Positions 44,699 to 52,850 of a DNA stretch of 52,850 nt are shown one piece after another. The DNA is from a virus (taxonomy: Duplodnaviria; Caudoviricetes): positions 1 to 52,850 of IMG/VR virus record IMGVR_UViG_3300037440_000319, one strand, 5' to 3'. Below the pieces are notes generated by a model. That model was not told the DNA's origin. It ran no database searches and worked only from the letters and a program-made list of their open reading frames with translations. Positions within the stretch are counted from its first letter, which is position 1. Every line of letters begins with the position of its first letter. The position numbers and the translations under genes were made by a program.

Positions 44699-45007
44699 TT
44701 GACGCATCAACGAGAGAGGAAGGAACCGATCACCGTGGTACAGAGCAAGAACGGGACCAGGCGCGAGGCCGGGTTCGCCGCGACGAACCGCCTGCGAGAC
44801 CTGCACCCGAAGGACTTCAAGCGTCTGCTCGATGAGGAGTACGAGGCCCGCGGCATCCCGGTCAAGAAGTCGCCGGAGGACAAGGCCCGCAGCCAGCTCC
44901 AGGAGTTGGCGACGCGGTATCCGGCAATCGCGATGGAGGTAACTCGCGGCCTGTTCGTAGCCGACGATCAGGCAGAGTCGCCCGAGGAGAACGCCGAGAA
45001 GGTCTAG
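44699..45007 (+). CDS. Hypothetical protein
   Basis: Helical; purine-rich RBS nearby; start uncertain. Confidence 0.55.
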   Translation: MTHQRERKEPITVVQSKNGTRREAGFAATNRLRDLHPKDFKRLLDEEYEARGIPVKKSPEDKARSQLQELATRYPAIAMEVTRGLFVADDQAESPEENAEKV

Positions 45008-45009
45008 CC

Positions 45010-45291
45010 GTGTGGGAGGTCCGGTGGGGGCGGGCACTCCTGATCTCAGGAGCATTCGCCCTTCTGCTCAGCCCGCTAGCCGGTGCCGCGCTCCTGGGCG
45101 GCGTACTCGTCCTCGTCGGCTACGACTGGCTCCGCCCCGTCGTCGGAGTGCGTGAGATGCCGAACTTTGACACCGAGGCAGAGGCACTTGCGTACTGGCG
45201 CTTCACCCGTAATCCGCTGCTGCCGGTGCCGCCTGCTGCTGTGCGGACGTGGCGGTGGCAGCTAGGATCAGAGGGCGAGTTGAGGAGGTGA
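45010..45291 (+). CDS. Membrane protein
   Basis: Two hydrophobic segments. Confidence 0.5.
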   Translation: MWEVRWGRALLISGAFALLLSPLAGAALLGGVLVLVGYDWLRPVVGVREMPNFDTEAEALAYWRFTRNPLLPVPPAAVRTWRWQLGSEGELRR

Positions 45292-45296
45292 GATCC

Positions 45297-45488
45297 ATGA
45301 TCAAGCGTCTGATCGCCGCCACTGCGCTCGTCCTCGTCACCATCGGCGGTGCTGCGCCTATCGCTGCGGCTGACCCGTCCTTCGGTCCCGGAGCTGGGCA
45401 GGGAGGCGGTAACAACGAGCCCCACGAGAACCCGGGCACGAAGTGTCACCCGCCAGGCCAGACTAGCGAGCAGCCCGAGTGCAAGTAG
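45297..45488 (+). CDS. Small secreted peptide
   Basis: RBS aggaggt; signal peptide; mature part ends CHPPGQTSEQPECK. Confidence 0.65.
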   Translation: MIKRLIAATALVLVTIGGAAPIAAADPSFGPGAGQGGGNNEPHENPGTKCHPPGQTSEQPECK

Positions 45489-45842
45489 GACTCCCGATTA
45501 GAGTCGCTGCCTTCGGGCCAGGGATGCCAGGTGAGCGTGGCACCGCGTTGGCAGGTAAGGGCGACTCGCTGATGATGAGTACGGTGCCCCCGGTCTCCAC
45601 GTGGCCGGGGGCACACTCATGTCCATGAGATCCGCGCCGGAGGAGATCCGAGTCCCCGAGATCGGGCTGCTGCAGTGGTGGTCCGACTCGCCGTGGGACC
45701 GCCAGCACTGGTACGTGGGCGAGGACCGCAGAGCGTACCGCGTAGCTGTCGAGGACGGTCGTGCTGGCTCGATCCGTGACGCTGACGGCTCTCCCATCAC
45801 GGATCGGCTCAGCGAGCCGGAGAACCGGCAGGAGGCACTGCT

Positions 45843-47279
45843 GTGACGGTCACTGACCTGGAGTACGCAGCCCGCCAGTTCGAGTCGCAGACCATGCGCC
45901 TCGGCCGCCCACCGCTGGAGCCTCATCAGCGACCCCCGGAGGCGCTGCTCAAGCGTGAGAAAGATGTCTGGCTGATAGAGGGGGGCCGCGGCTCTGGCAA
46001 GACCGAGGCGATGGCCCGCTACTTCTCCCGGTACATGCGAGACAACCCCGGCGTGCGCGGCCGCATCATCGCCCCGACGCTGGGCGACGCGGTGGAGTCC
46101 TGCATCACGGGCGTGTCCGGGCTCCTCGCTGTAGACGACCAGGTGGTGTGGCGAGCCGGTGGAGCAGGTGGCTCGCATGTGAAGTGGCCGAACGGCTCCG
46201 AGGCCCTGGTGATCGGGACGCACTCGCCGCTGGACGTTGACCGGCTCCGGGCAGGAGGCAACCGGCATCTGGACTGGTGGGAGGAACTGGCTGCGAACAG
46301 GCAGCTAGGGAAGCCGGACGAGAACGGGAACCTGGACGAGAAGAGCGCTTGGGTACAGGCGAGCCACGGGCTGAGGCTCGGCCTGTTCCCGCACACCATC
46401 GCCTCCACCACCCCGAAAACCACCAAGGCTTACGTGGTGATCCGTGCGCTCCCGGAAATAGTGCGCATCCACGCCACCATGTACGACAACCCGTACTCGT
46501 CCCCCGGCTGGCGAGCCAAGATGGAGGACCGCTACAAAGGCACCCGGACCGGCCGCCAGGAGATCGAGGGCATCCTGCTGGAGGACATCGAGGGCGCGCT
46601 GTGGACTCTGGAGCTCATCACCGCCGCGCAACTCCGCCGCCCGCTGCCGGACCTGGCTCGGATCGTCACTGTCGTGGACCCGTCCGGCTCGGAGGACGGC
46701 GACGCGACCGGCATCGTGACCATCGGCCGCGACAAGGATCACGTGCTGTTCGTCCTCGCGGATGACACCACGCAGGGTACGCCGGAGCACCGCTACGAGA
46801 CCGCGTGCCTCGCGGCCGCTAGGTGGGGCGCGGATGAGATCCTGTACGAGTCGAACTACGCCGGGGATAACGTGAAGGCTCTGCTGCGGTCGAGCTGGCA
46901 GCACCTCGTCCGGGAGGGCGAGATCGAGGAGGAGAAGATCCCCCGGCTGTCTAAGTCCAACGCGAAGGGCTCCAAGGCGCAGCGGGCCGAGCCGGTCGTG
47001 GGGTTGTACGAGCAGCACGCGAAGGGCACGGAGCGGATCTGGCACGCGCATCCGCTGCCGCTGCTAGAGGACGAGCAGACGACGTGGGAGCCGGACGCGG
47101 ACTGGTCGCCGAACCGCATCGACGCCATGGTGCACGGGGCTCGGAAGCTCGGCACCTGGGTGGGCCGCCAGCAGAACCGGGACCGCACGAAGCGGGCCGC
47201 GTCGACACTAGCGAACGCGTCGGTGATGTCCGGGGGCACGGGGCGCTCTCCGCTTCCGCCGATGCGGGGCGCTCGCTAG
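45843..47279 (+). CDS. terL: Terminase large subunit
   Basis: LEPHQ.PP, Walker A GGRGSGKT, Walker B WWEE, RQEIEG, nuclease VDPSG, SPNRIDA. Confidence 0.93.
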   Translation: MTVTDLEYAARQFESQTMRLGRPPLEPHQRPPEALLKREKDVWLIEGGRGSGKTEAMARYFSRYMRDNPGVRGRIIAPTLGDAVESCITGVSGLLAVDDQVVWRAGGAGGSHVKWPNGSEALVIGTHSPLDVDRLRAGGNRHLDWWEELAANRQLGKPDENGNLDEKSAWVQASHGLRLGLFPHTIASTTPKTTKAYVVIRALPEIVRIHATMYDNPYSSPGWRAKMEDRYKGTRTGRQEIEGILLEDIEGALWTLELITAAQLRRPLPDLARIVTVVDPSGSEDGDATGIVTIGRDKDHVLFVLADDTTQGTPEHRYETACLAAARWGADEILYESNYAGDNVKALLRSSWQHLVREGEIEEEKIPRLSKSNAKGSKAQRAEPVVGLYEQHAKGTERIWHAHPLPLLEDEQTTWEPDADWSPNRIDAMVHGARKLGTWVGRQQNRDRTKRAASTLANASVMSGGTGRSPLPPMRGAR

Positions 47280-47325
47280 AGTGGTCCCTGCGAGATGCCT
47301 CCACTTTGCGGCGGAGCAACTCCAC

Positions 47326-47359
47326 CGGCTGCCCCGTTCCCCCCGGTTCGGGGCAGCCG
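47326..47359 (+). terminator. Hairpin downstream of terL
   Basis: CGGCTGCCCCG / CGGGGCAGCCG, 11-bp perfect stem with a C-rich loop. Confidence 0.6.
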
Positions 47360-47396
47360 ACCACAGATCAGATCAGCGAAGGGAAGGAAGGACTCA

Positions 47397-47810
47397 ATGG
47401 ACCCGAATCAGACACTGCAGGAGATCCGCGCAACGGCAGAGCAGATCCGAGACGCGCCGCTGGCGACTGAGCGGGAGCTAGCGCTGGAGGAGTCTGTGAC
47501 TGCGCTCGACGAGTGGCTCAGCAAGGGCGGGTTTCTGCCCGAGCCCTGGCGGGGCAGGCAGGACGCTCTCGGCAGCGATCCGGGCCTCGCCGCGCCGCTG
47601 GAGTTCGCTCTCCACGCGCCGGACATGAAGTCGGCGTGGGAAGGTGCGCACGAGATGTGCCGCCGCTACTTCGGTGACGTCGCCTACGTACTGCGGGCCG
47701 ACAAGGCTGGGCTCTACGACGAGCGGCGCAACGCGGCGGGCGAGCTGCTCGCGGTGTCGTTCGACGTCCAGTTCTATGCCTACGTCCAGCAGGTGATCGT
47801 CGATGCGTAG
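47397..47810 (+). CDS. Hypothetical protein
   Basis: MDPN.TL..IR...LDEWLSKGGFLP.PW; strong RBS. Confidence 0.7.
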   Translation: MDPNQTLQEIRATAEQIRDAPLATERELALEESVTALDEWLSKGGFLPEPWRGRQDALGSDPGLAAPLEFALHAPDMKSAWEGAHEMCRRYFGDVAYVLRADKAGLYDERRNAAGELLAVSFDVQFYAYVQQVIVDA

Positions 47811-48282
47811 CCAGGCTGAGATCCGTGCCCGCTTTGACCGGCTCCGTTCCGGCGAGGAGGCCGACGTGTTCGGCTTCGCCGGGGAGGCGATCATCGAGGC
47901 GCTTGAGCGCCCGTCTGTGGAGGATCTGCTCACGGACCCGAACACGGAGTGGCACACCGTTGACCTGCCGCAGACGATGCGGAACTACCTCGCGTTCGCC
48001 GTCGACAAGGCGCTGAACCACCGCGGGATCTCCGCCGTCCGCAGCCACGAGAAGTTCCAGGTCTGGCTGTGGTGCCTCAACGACCAGGACCTGACCGACC
48101 GGTTCGAGTCCGCCGACTACGCGCAGTACGGGGCTCCGAAGCTGCAGGTGATCGTCGAGCACCTCGGGCTCGGGTCGCTGCCGGAGGAGACCCGAGCGGC
48201 GCTGGACACCGACGAGTGGCGGAACATGAGCGCGGGCCGGTTCTGTGTCTCCGACTGCCGGGAAGGGTGCGGGAGGGAGTGA
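47803..48282 (+). CDS. Hypothetical protein
   Basis: YL.FA..KA.NHRGISA.RS; YGAPKL; terminal C..C..GC. Confidence 0.72.
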   Translation: MRSQAEIRARFDRLRSGEEADVFGFAGEAIIEALERPSVEDLLTDPNTEWHTVDLPQTMRNYLAFAVDKALNHRGISAVRSHEKFQVWLWCLNDQDLTDRFESADYAQYGAPKLQVIVEHLGLGSLPEETRAALDTDEWRNMSAGRFCVSDCREGCGRE

Positions 48283-48416
48283 GTGATGGGTAAGGACGCG
48301 ACGCCGAAGAACGGCTCCACTGACGACTCGGTGAAGGCGATCCGCGCCGAGCTGGCAGCGGAGCAGAAGATCGAGCCGCCGCCCGACAATCAGCAGGGCA
48401 GCGGGGGCAGTTAGTC

Positions 48417-48833
48417 GTGACCCGGTTCACCGGCTGGCTCGCCCGCCTCGATGTGCCCACTACAGACGGGCGGATCCTTACGGCCCCGCACGACGGCCCG
48501 GGCCTAGCAGCGGTCGGCTCGGTAGGGCTGATCCCGGTCCTCGGTCCTGCGCCTGGTCCGATGCGCTCCTCCTGGGTCGGTGAGGTCCGGGAGGTGTGGG
48601 TCGAGGACGGCTGGCTCCGCGGCAACGGGGAGATCAACGTCGGAGCCCTCCCGATCAGATACCGCGGCGTTCCGAGACTCGGCGCTGAGATCGACGTAGA
48701 CGGAACCTCTCAGTACGTCCAGAGCAGCGACGACGACCGGAGTCTCCTGACGATTACCGGCTGGACACTCCGAGCGGTCACGATCGGCGACCGCCCGGCG
48801 TGGCCCGACGCCCGACTGGAGATCCAGCGATGA
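48417..48833 (+). CDS. Minimal prohead-protease-like protein
   Basis: PT.DGRIL...VG.V......LRG.G...IDVD...LRAVTI...PAW.DAR resembles actinophage capsid maturation protease domains. Confidence 0.55.
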   Translation: MTRFTGWLARLDVPTTDGRILTAPHDGPGLAAVGSVGLIPVLGPAPGPMRSSWVGEVREVWVEDGWLRGNGEINVGALPIRYRGVPRLGAEIDVDGTSQYVQSSDDDRSLLTITGWTLRAVTIGDRPAWPDARLEIQR

Positions 48834-48991
48834 ACATCCAGCTGTGCCCAGAGTGCCGCGCAGGCAAGCACCGTAACTGCGACGGCACGAGCTGGGATCA
48901 GGCTGCCGATGCCCCGGTGCCCTGCCCTTGCTCGTGCAGCGACGGTCTGCTCGGCGTGGCCTACCCAGAGGAGGAAACCAATGGCGGATAA
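48830..48991 (+). CDS. Small Cys-rich protein
   Basis: CPECRAGKHRNCDG..WD...D..VPCPCSC. Confidence 0.62.
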   Translation: MNIQLCPECRAGKHRNCDGTSWDQAADAPVPCPCSCSDGLLGVAYPEEETNGG

Positions 48992-49151
48992 GCCGAGACC
49001 CCGAGACTCCGCAGCAGCGAAGGCCCTGCGACAGCAGCGCACCGCCGCGGCCACCCGCCGCGGGCTCACCGAAGCTGAGGCGGAGAAGCTGGCCGACCGG
49101 GCGATCTGGAAGCCGGGCCAAGGCCCGCGAGATCAGCCACCCAAGAGCTGA
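48981..49151 (+). CDS. Small basic protein
   Basis: RBS gaggagg before ATG. Confidence 0.55.
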   Translation: MADKPRPRDSAAAKALRQQRTAAATRRGLTEAEAEKLADRAIWKPGQGPRDQPPKS

Positions 49152-49165
49152 GAGCGGAGGAGCCG

Positions 49166-49753
49166 ATGCAGCTCGACACCATCGAGATCGACCAGGATGA
49201 GGCGAGAGCCCGCCTGGACGAGTACACCGAGTCCCTCAAGCACGATCGCAACGCGGAGGACGAGGCGATCGCCCGCGCCTACCGCGCTGCTGCCCGCGGC
49301 CTGCCGATCATCCGTCTCTCGGAGGCGATCCACGCCGGGGGCTACTTCGACAAGGGGCTTCCTCGGCTCGCGATTGCCCGCGCCGACGCATCTCGCTGTT
49401 GGGTCCGGGACGAGTGGGCTCGGGCAGGCCGGATGACCCTGATCTATCGTGACGAACCGGACGCCGACAATCGCGGCGCTCTCGTCGGGAGGTACACGGT
49501 CCGGGTTGAGGTCCCCCGCGAGCGGTCCTACGCCGCCTCTGGGTCGACGATCGTCCCGATTATCCCGCCACGCTTCCGCCCAGGCCGGTTCCGCATCCGC
49601 AGTTTCCACGTGCTGTGGGAGGTCGAGAAGTGGGAACCGCAGCCTCCTCACGACCCGGCACTGGTCAAGCACATCGGCGGCGACCTGTGGTCTGTGCACG
49701 CGGTGTGGGATCTCACGGAGCTGGAGCGGGCTGTCCTGATCGGGACGCGCTGA
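49166..49753 (+). CDS. Conserved phage hypothetical protein
   Basis: PRLAIARAD, VPIIPP, LWEVE.W...P.DPAL...GDLW.V...WDLTELE. Confidence 0.75.
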   Translation: MQLDTIEIDQDEARARLDEYTESLKHDRNAEDEAIARAYRAAARGLPIIRLSEAIHAGGYFDKGLPRLAIARADASRCWVRDEWARAGRMTLIYRDEPDADNRGALVGRYTVRVEVPRERSYAASGSTIVPIIPPRFRPGRFRIRSFHVLWEVEKWEPQPPHDPALVKHIGGDLWSVHAVWDLTELERAVLIGTR

Positions 49754-49754
49754 G

Positions 49755-50195
49755 GTGAAGTGGCACCAGAGCGGGTTCCTCCGCTCAGCTATAGAGGCGG
49801 AGGCGGCGCGGGTTATGAAGCGGGCTCAGGAGCTGGCACCCCGTAGCCGAGGTCGCCTCGCCTCGTCTATTTCGCGTGCGGACGGGCCGCTGTTCTCCCA
49901 GGCGTGGCAGGTGCCGATCATGCTCGACCCGACTATCTACGCGCAGGGTGGGATTATCCAGGTGCCAGCAAACATCGACGCGACTGAGGTCAAGCGCGTA
50001 GTGTCGCGCAAGGCAAACGGCCAGCCCACGATCATCGAGGTCGGTGTCACCGCCGAAGAGGCTGCAGACAGGCTCGCGGCGGTGTTTGGCGGTCACCGGC
50101 ACCGGGACCAGGAGGTCGACCTGATCTCGACGGGGGAGGTCGTGGCCTGGTTCTGCCTCGACTGCGATCGGGTGCGGTACGCGGACAGCTGGTAG
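49755..50195 (+). CDS. Hypothetical protein with HK97 gp10-like N-terminus
   Basis: A.RV...AQELAP..RG.L.SSI; C-terminal H.H...CLDC. Confidence 0.55.
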   Translation: MKWHQSGFLRSAIEAEAARVMKRAQELAPRSRGRLASSISRADGPLFSQAWQVPIMLDPTIYAQGGIIQVPANIDATEVKRVVSRKANGQPTIIEVGVTAEEAADRLAAVFGGHRHRDQEVDLISTGEVVAWFCLDCDRVRYADSW

Positions 50196-50226
50196 AAGAT
50201 TCTCCGAGATTGCCCCCTCGGAACAC

Positions 50227-50270
50227 TGGACAGGGACGCACCCAACGACTAGTTTGGAGTTATCAGGAAA
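50227..50270 (+). promoter_or_regulatory. Promoter TGGACA-17-TAGTTT plus GGAGTTATCAGGAAA
   Basis: TTTGGAGTTATCAGGAAA (18 nt) is identical to the 30922 promoter. Confidence 0.8.
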
Positions 50271-50294
50271 CGGAAGCCAGTCAGGGAGCCAGCC

Positions 50295-51065
50295 ATGACC
50301 GAGACCACCACCACCCAGGCCACAGACAAGGTGTTCGACCCCTGCAGCAAGTGCATGGGCGACGGTGTAGTCCACTACGGAAATGTGGTCTACACGACCC
50401 GCCGAGGCCCCGAGCGGACCTGCCACCGCTGCAACGGTGCCAAGGGCCGCTGGACTACCCAGGCCGCGATCGACAAGCGTGAGCGCGCCCGCGCCCGCCG
50501 CGCCGAGAAGGCCAACATCGAGGCAGCCCGCAAGCTCGCCGAGGCCGAGGCCAAGCTCAACGCCCGCCGCGCCGAGTTCGAGGCCGACCACGGCGACGTG
50601 ATCGAGTTCCTGCCCAACCTGACCGGCGACTTCGGCAGCAGCCTCCGCGAGGCCCTGGAGAGTCACGGCAACCTGACCGAGAAGCAGGTCGAGGCAGTCC
50701 GCAAGATCAAGGCCCAGCGCGACGCCGAGCCAACCCCGGTCCCCGTGGTCGAGGGCCGCATCCAGATCACCGGCCGCGTTGTCACCGAGAAGTGGGTGGA
50801 CAGCGACTACGGCACGACCCACAAGATGCTGGTCCTGGACGACCGCGGCTTCAAGGTGTGGGGCACCGTGCCGCAGGCTGTGGAGCCGGAGAACTACTAC
50901 GACGAGCACGGCGAGTACCAGCACGAGCACGGCGTCGGCTGCGGCGGACGCGACAGCAACCACGCTGCCGAGGTCCGGGTTACCTTCACCGCCACCGTCG
51001 AGGCCAGCCGCGACGACGAGACGTTCGGCTTCTACAAGCGCCCCACCAAGGCTGAGAAGCTCTGA
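50295..51065 (+). CDS. Hypothetical protein (zinc finger, coiled coil, OB-fold-like C-terminus) in its own transcription unit
   Basis: CSKCMG.G...CHRCNG.KG; L...G.LTEKQ; VTFTATV......FGFYKRPT. Confidence 0.8.
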   Translation: MTETTTTQATDKVFDPCSKCMGDGVVHYGNVVYTTRRGPERTCHRCNGAKGRWTTQAAIDKRERARARRAEKANIEAARKLAEAEAKLNARRAEFEADHGDVIEFLPNLTGDFGSSLREALESHGNLTEKQVEAVRKIKAQRDAEPTPVPVVEGRIQITGRVVTEKWVDSDYGTTHKMLVLDDRGFKVWGTVPQAVEPENYYDEHGEYQHEHGVGCGGRDSNHAAEVRVTFTATVEASRDDETFGFYKRPTKAEKL

Positions 51066-51078
51066 GCCAGAGGAAACC

Positions 51079-51103
51079 GGTGGGAGCCACCCCGGCTCCC
51101 ACC
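51079..51103 (+). terminator. Hairpin terminator
   Basis: GGTGGGAGCC-acccc-GGCTCCCACC, 10-bp perfect stem 13 nt after the stop codon. Confidence 0.68.
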
Positions 51104-51168
51104 TACCATCAGACCCGCGACGAGAGGAGGTGGTTCACTGATCGGACCGGAAGCAATCCATCTGGCAA

Positions 51169-51203
51169 GAGTCGGCCCAGCATCCCCCAGGCTGGGCCGA
51201 CTC
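51169..51203. repeat. 13-bp perfect inverted repeat upstream of the head operon
   Basis: GAGTCGGCCCAGC-atcccccag-GCTGGGCCGACTC. Confidence 0.75.
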
Positions 51204-51222
51204 GCTGTCTACGATCAGCCCT

Positions 51223-51552
51223 GTGGACGCTCTCCTCACCGTGGCCCTCATTGCCCTGGCTACCCACCGCCTCACACTCCTGGTCGTTGAGGACCGGGTT
51301 ACGCGTCGGCCACGCGACTTCCTGCAGCTCTGCTTTGAACGGGCGTACGAGAAGCGCACTGGTACCGTGAGCGACCAAGAGTGGCTGTCGGCGGGCGCGT
51401 ACCTGCTGTCGTGCCGCTGGTGCATGTCGATCTACGTCGGAGGCGCTGTGATCGCAGCGACGGCTTACTTCACCAGCGTCCCTTCCCCAGTCCTGGTCTG
51501 GCTGGCGGCCTCGTCGGTGACCGGACTCTTGGGAGGGCAGCATGGCCGGTAG
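51223..51552 (+). CDS. DUF1360-like membrane protein
   Basis: LA..RLT.L...D..T...R...LLSC.WC.S.Y; directly before the portal gene. Confidence 0.78.
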   Translation: MDALLTVALIALATHRLTLLVVEDRVTRRPRDFLQLCFERAYEKRTGTVSDQEWLSAGAYLLSCRWCMSIYVGGAVIAATAYFTSVPSPVLVWLAASSVTGLLGGQHGR

Positions 51553-52849
51553 TCCGCTCCCGGCGTTCAACGCGCTCACCGCGGCGGCGCAGATTGTCAA
51601 GCCGATGCGGCGCCTCGCCCCGAAGTACGAGTCCTGGCAGACCGAGCTCTGGGACTACTACGACCGGCTCGGCGAGTACGCAGACGGCGTGGGCTGGCTG
51701 GCCAAGACGATGAGCCGGGTCCGGCTCTGCGCCGCTGAGGTCGTGCCCGGTGGCGACGAGCCGCTGCGAGTCGAGGAGGGACCGGCAGCAGAGGCGGTCG
51801 AGCGCCTCGCAGGCGGCACCGCGGGCCAGGCACAGCTCATGAAGGAATCGACGATCCACCTGTCGGTGCCCGGCGAGGGCTGGCTCGTCGGTGAGCGCGG
51901 GATCTCCGAGGATCGCATGGCTGAGGAGGGGCTGATCACTGACGAGTGGTGGACTATGCGCTCCGCCGACGAGATCCGCCCGTCGAGCAGGCGAGACGAG
52001 ATGGGCCGCCCGACGTTCGAGGTCATGGACGAGATGTCAGTGTGGCGCCCGATCTCCGCCGACTCCATCGTGGTGCGGATCTGGGACCCCCACCCCCGCA
52101 GGGGCTGGGAGGCGGACTCGTCCGGTAGGCACGCCCGCGGGGCGATGCTCAAGCTGGACATGCTGAACAAGCGGATCGTCGCCACGATCGTCTCCCGCCT
52201 CGCCGGTAACGGCTTCCTGATCTACGACTCGGGGCGCCTGTCGACCCCGGTGAACAAGGGCCCGACCGAGGATGCCGACGAGAACGTCGACCCGTTCGCT
52301 CAGATGATCGTGGAGGCGGCCTCGCGGGGCATCGCCGACCCCACCTCCGCGGAGGCAGTGATCCCGATCCCGATCGGCGCTGAGATCGGCGACATGGAGA
52401 ACTTCGACCCGCAGCTGCTGATGCGGCACCTGACGTTCTCCAACCCGCTCGACGAGAAGCTGATGGATATGCGGGAGTCGGCGATCCGGGAGCTGGCCCG
52501 CTCGCTGGACATGCCCGCGGACGTGATGCTCGGTCTCGGCGACGTGAACCACTGGTCGGCGTGGCAGATCGAGGAGTCCGGCATCAAGATCCACGTCTCG
52601 CCGAAAGCCGAGACCGTCGTCCACGGGCTCTCCAAGGGCTACCTGATCCCCACGCTGCGCGCCGCGGAGGCCCCGCTAGTCGGGCCCAACGGCGGCAGGC
52701 TCATCGTCTGGTACGACACGTCCGAGATCGCCCAGCGGCCGGACCGGTCGGAGAACATCATCCAGGCGTACGACCGCTACGAGGTCAACGGCACAGCACT
52801 GCGGCGCGAGATCGGCGCGGACGATGAGGACGTCCCGACTCCGGCCGAG
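51542..52849 (+). CDS. Portal protein (3' truncated by the window edge)
   Basis: Frame open to the end: LTAAAQ, WQTELWDYYD.LGE, LSVPGEGWL, IWDPHP, SRLAGNG, GLGDVNHWSAWQI typical of actinophage portals. Confidence 0.88.
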   Translation, partial: MAGSPLPAFNALTAAAQIVKPMRRLAPKYESWQTELWDYYDRLGEYADGVGWLAKTMSRVRLCAAEVVPGGDEPLRVEEGPAAEAVERLAGGTAGQAQLMKESTIHLSVPGEGWLVGERGISEDRMAEEGLITDEWWTMRSADEIRPSSRRDEMGRPTFEVMDEMSVWRPISADSIVVRIWDPHPRRGWEADSSGRHARGAMLKLDMLNKRIVATIVSRLAGNGFLIYDSGRLSTPVNKGPTEDADENVDPFAQMIVEAASRGIADPTSAEAVIPIPIGAEIGDMENFDPQLLMRHLTFSNPLDEKLMDMRESAIRELARSLDMPADVMLGLGDVNHWSAWQIEESGIKIHVSPKAETVVHGLSKGYLIPTLRAAEAPLVGPNGGRLIVWYDTSEIAQRPDRSENIIQAYDRYEVNGTALRREIGADDEDVPTPAE

Positions 52850-52850
52850 T

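Noticed and set aside
49785-50963. 392-aa minus-strand ORF
   Set aside because: Antisense to 50295-51065, which has its own promoter, RBS and terminator

Overview
The whole window is a high-GC (roughly two-thirds, by eye) tailed actinobacteriophage genome segment with no host genes. It runs from the C-terminal part of the tape measure gene through tail genes (1-7.9 kb), a glycosyltransferase/methyltransferase cluster (8.6-12.2 kb), a leftward early arm (RusA, DUF397, HNH, ERF; 12.2-20.3 kb), WhiB, a replication initiator with internal iterons and DnaB (20.7-23.6 kb), cell-surface genes (23.7-27.9 kb), an inverted lysis cassette (27.9-30.8 kb), a candidate DNA-modification operon (33.4-36.4 kb), many small ORFs, widely separated terminase subunits and the 5' part of the portal gene. 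No integrase, DNA polymerase, tRNA or CRISPR array was seen. Most notable: (1) a ParB-like / GREB1-TAGT-like glycosyltransferase / UDG-like / UDP-glucuronate decarboxylase operon, suggesting post-replicative pentose (xylose) modification of DNA; (2) a PhoD phosphoesterase fused to a tail hub protein; (3) a stand-alone 49-aa LPXTG sortase peptide coupled to a hyaluronan-synthase-like GT2; (4) a recurring promoter plus ATCAGGAA leader motif; (5) a multi-stem structured RNA leader. All family assignments come from motif recognition by eye, not database searches.
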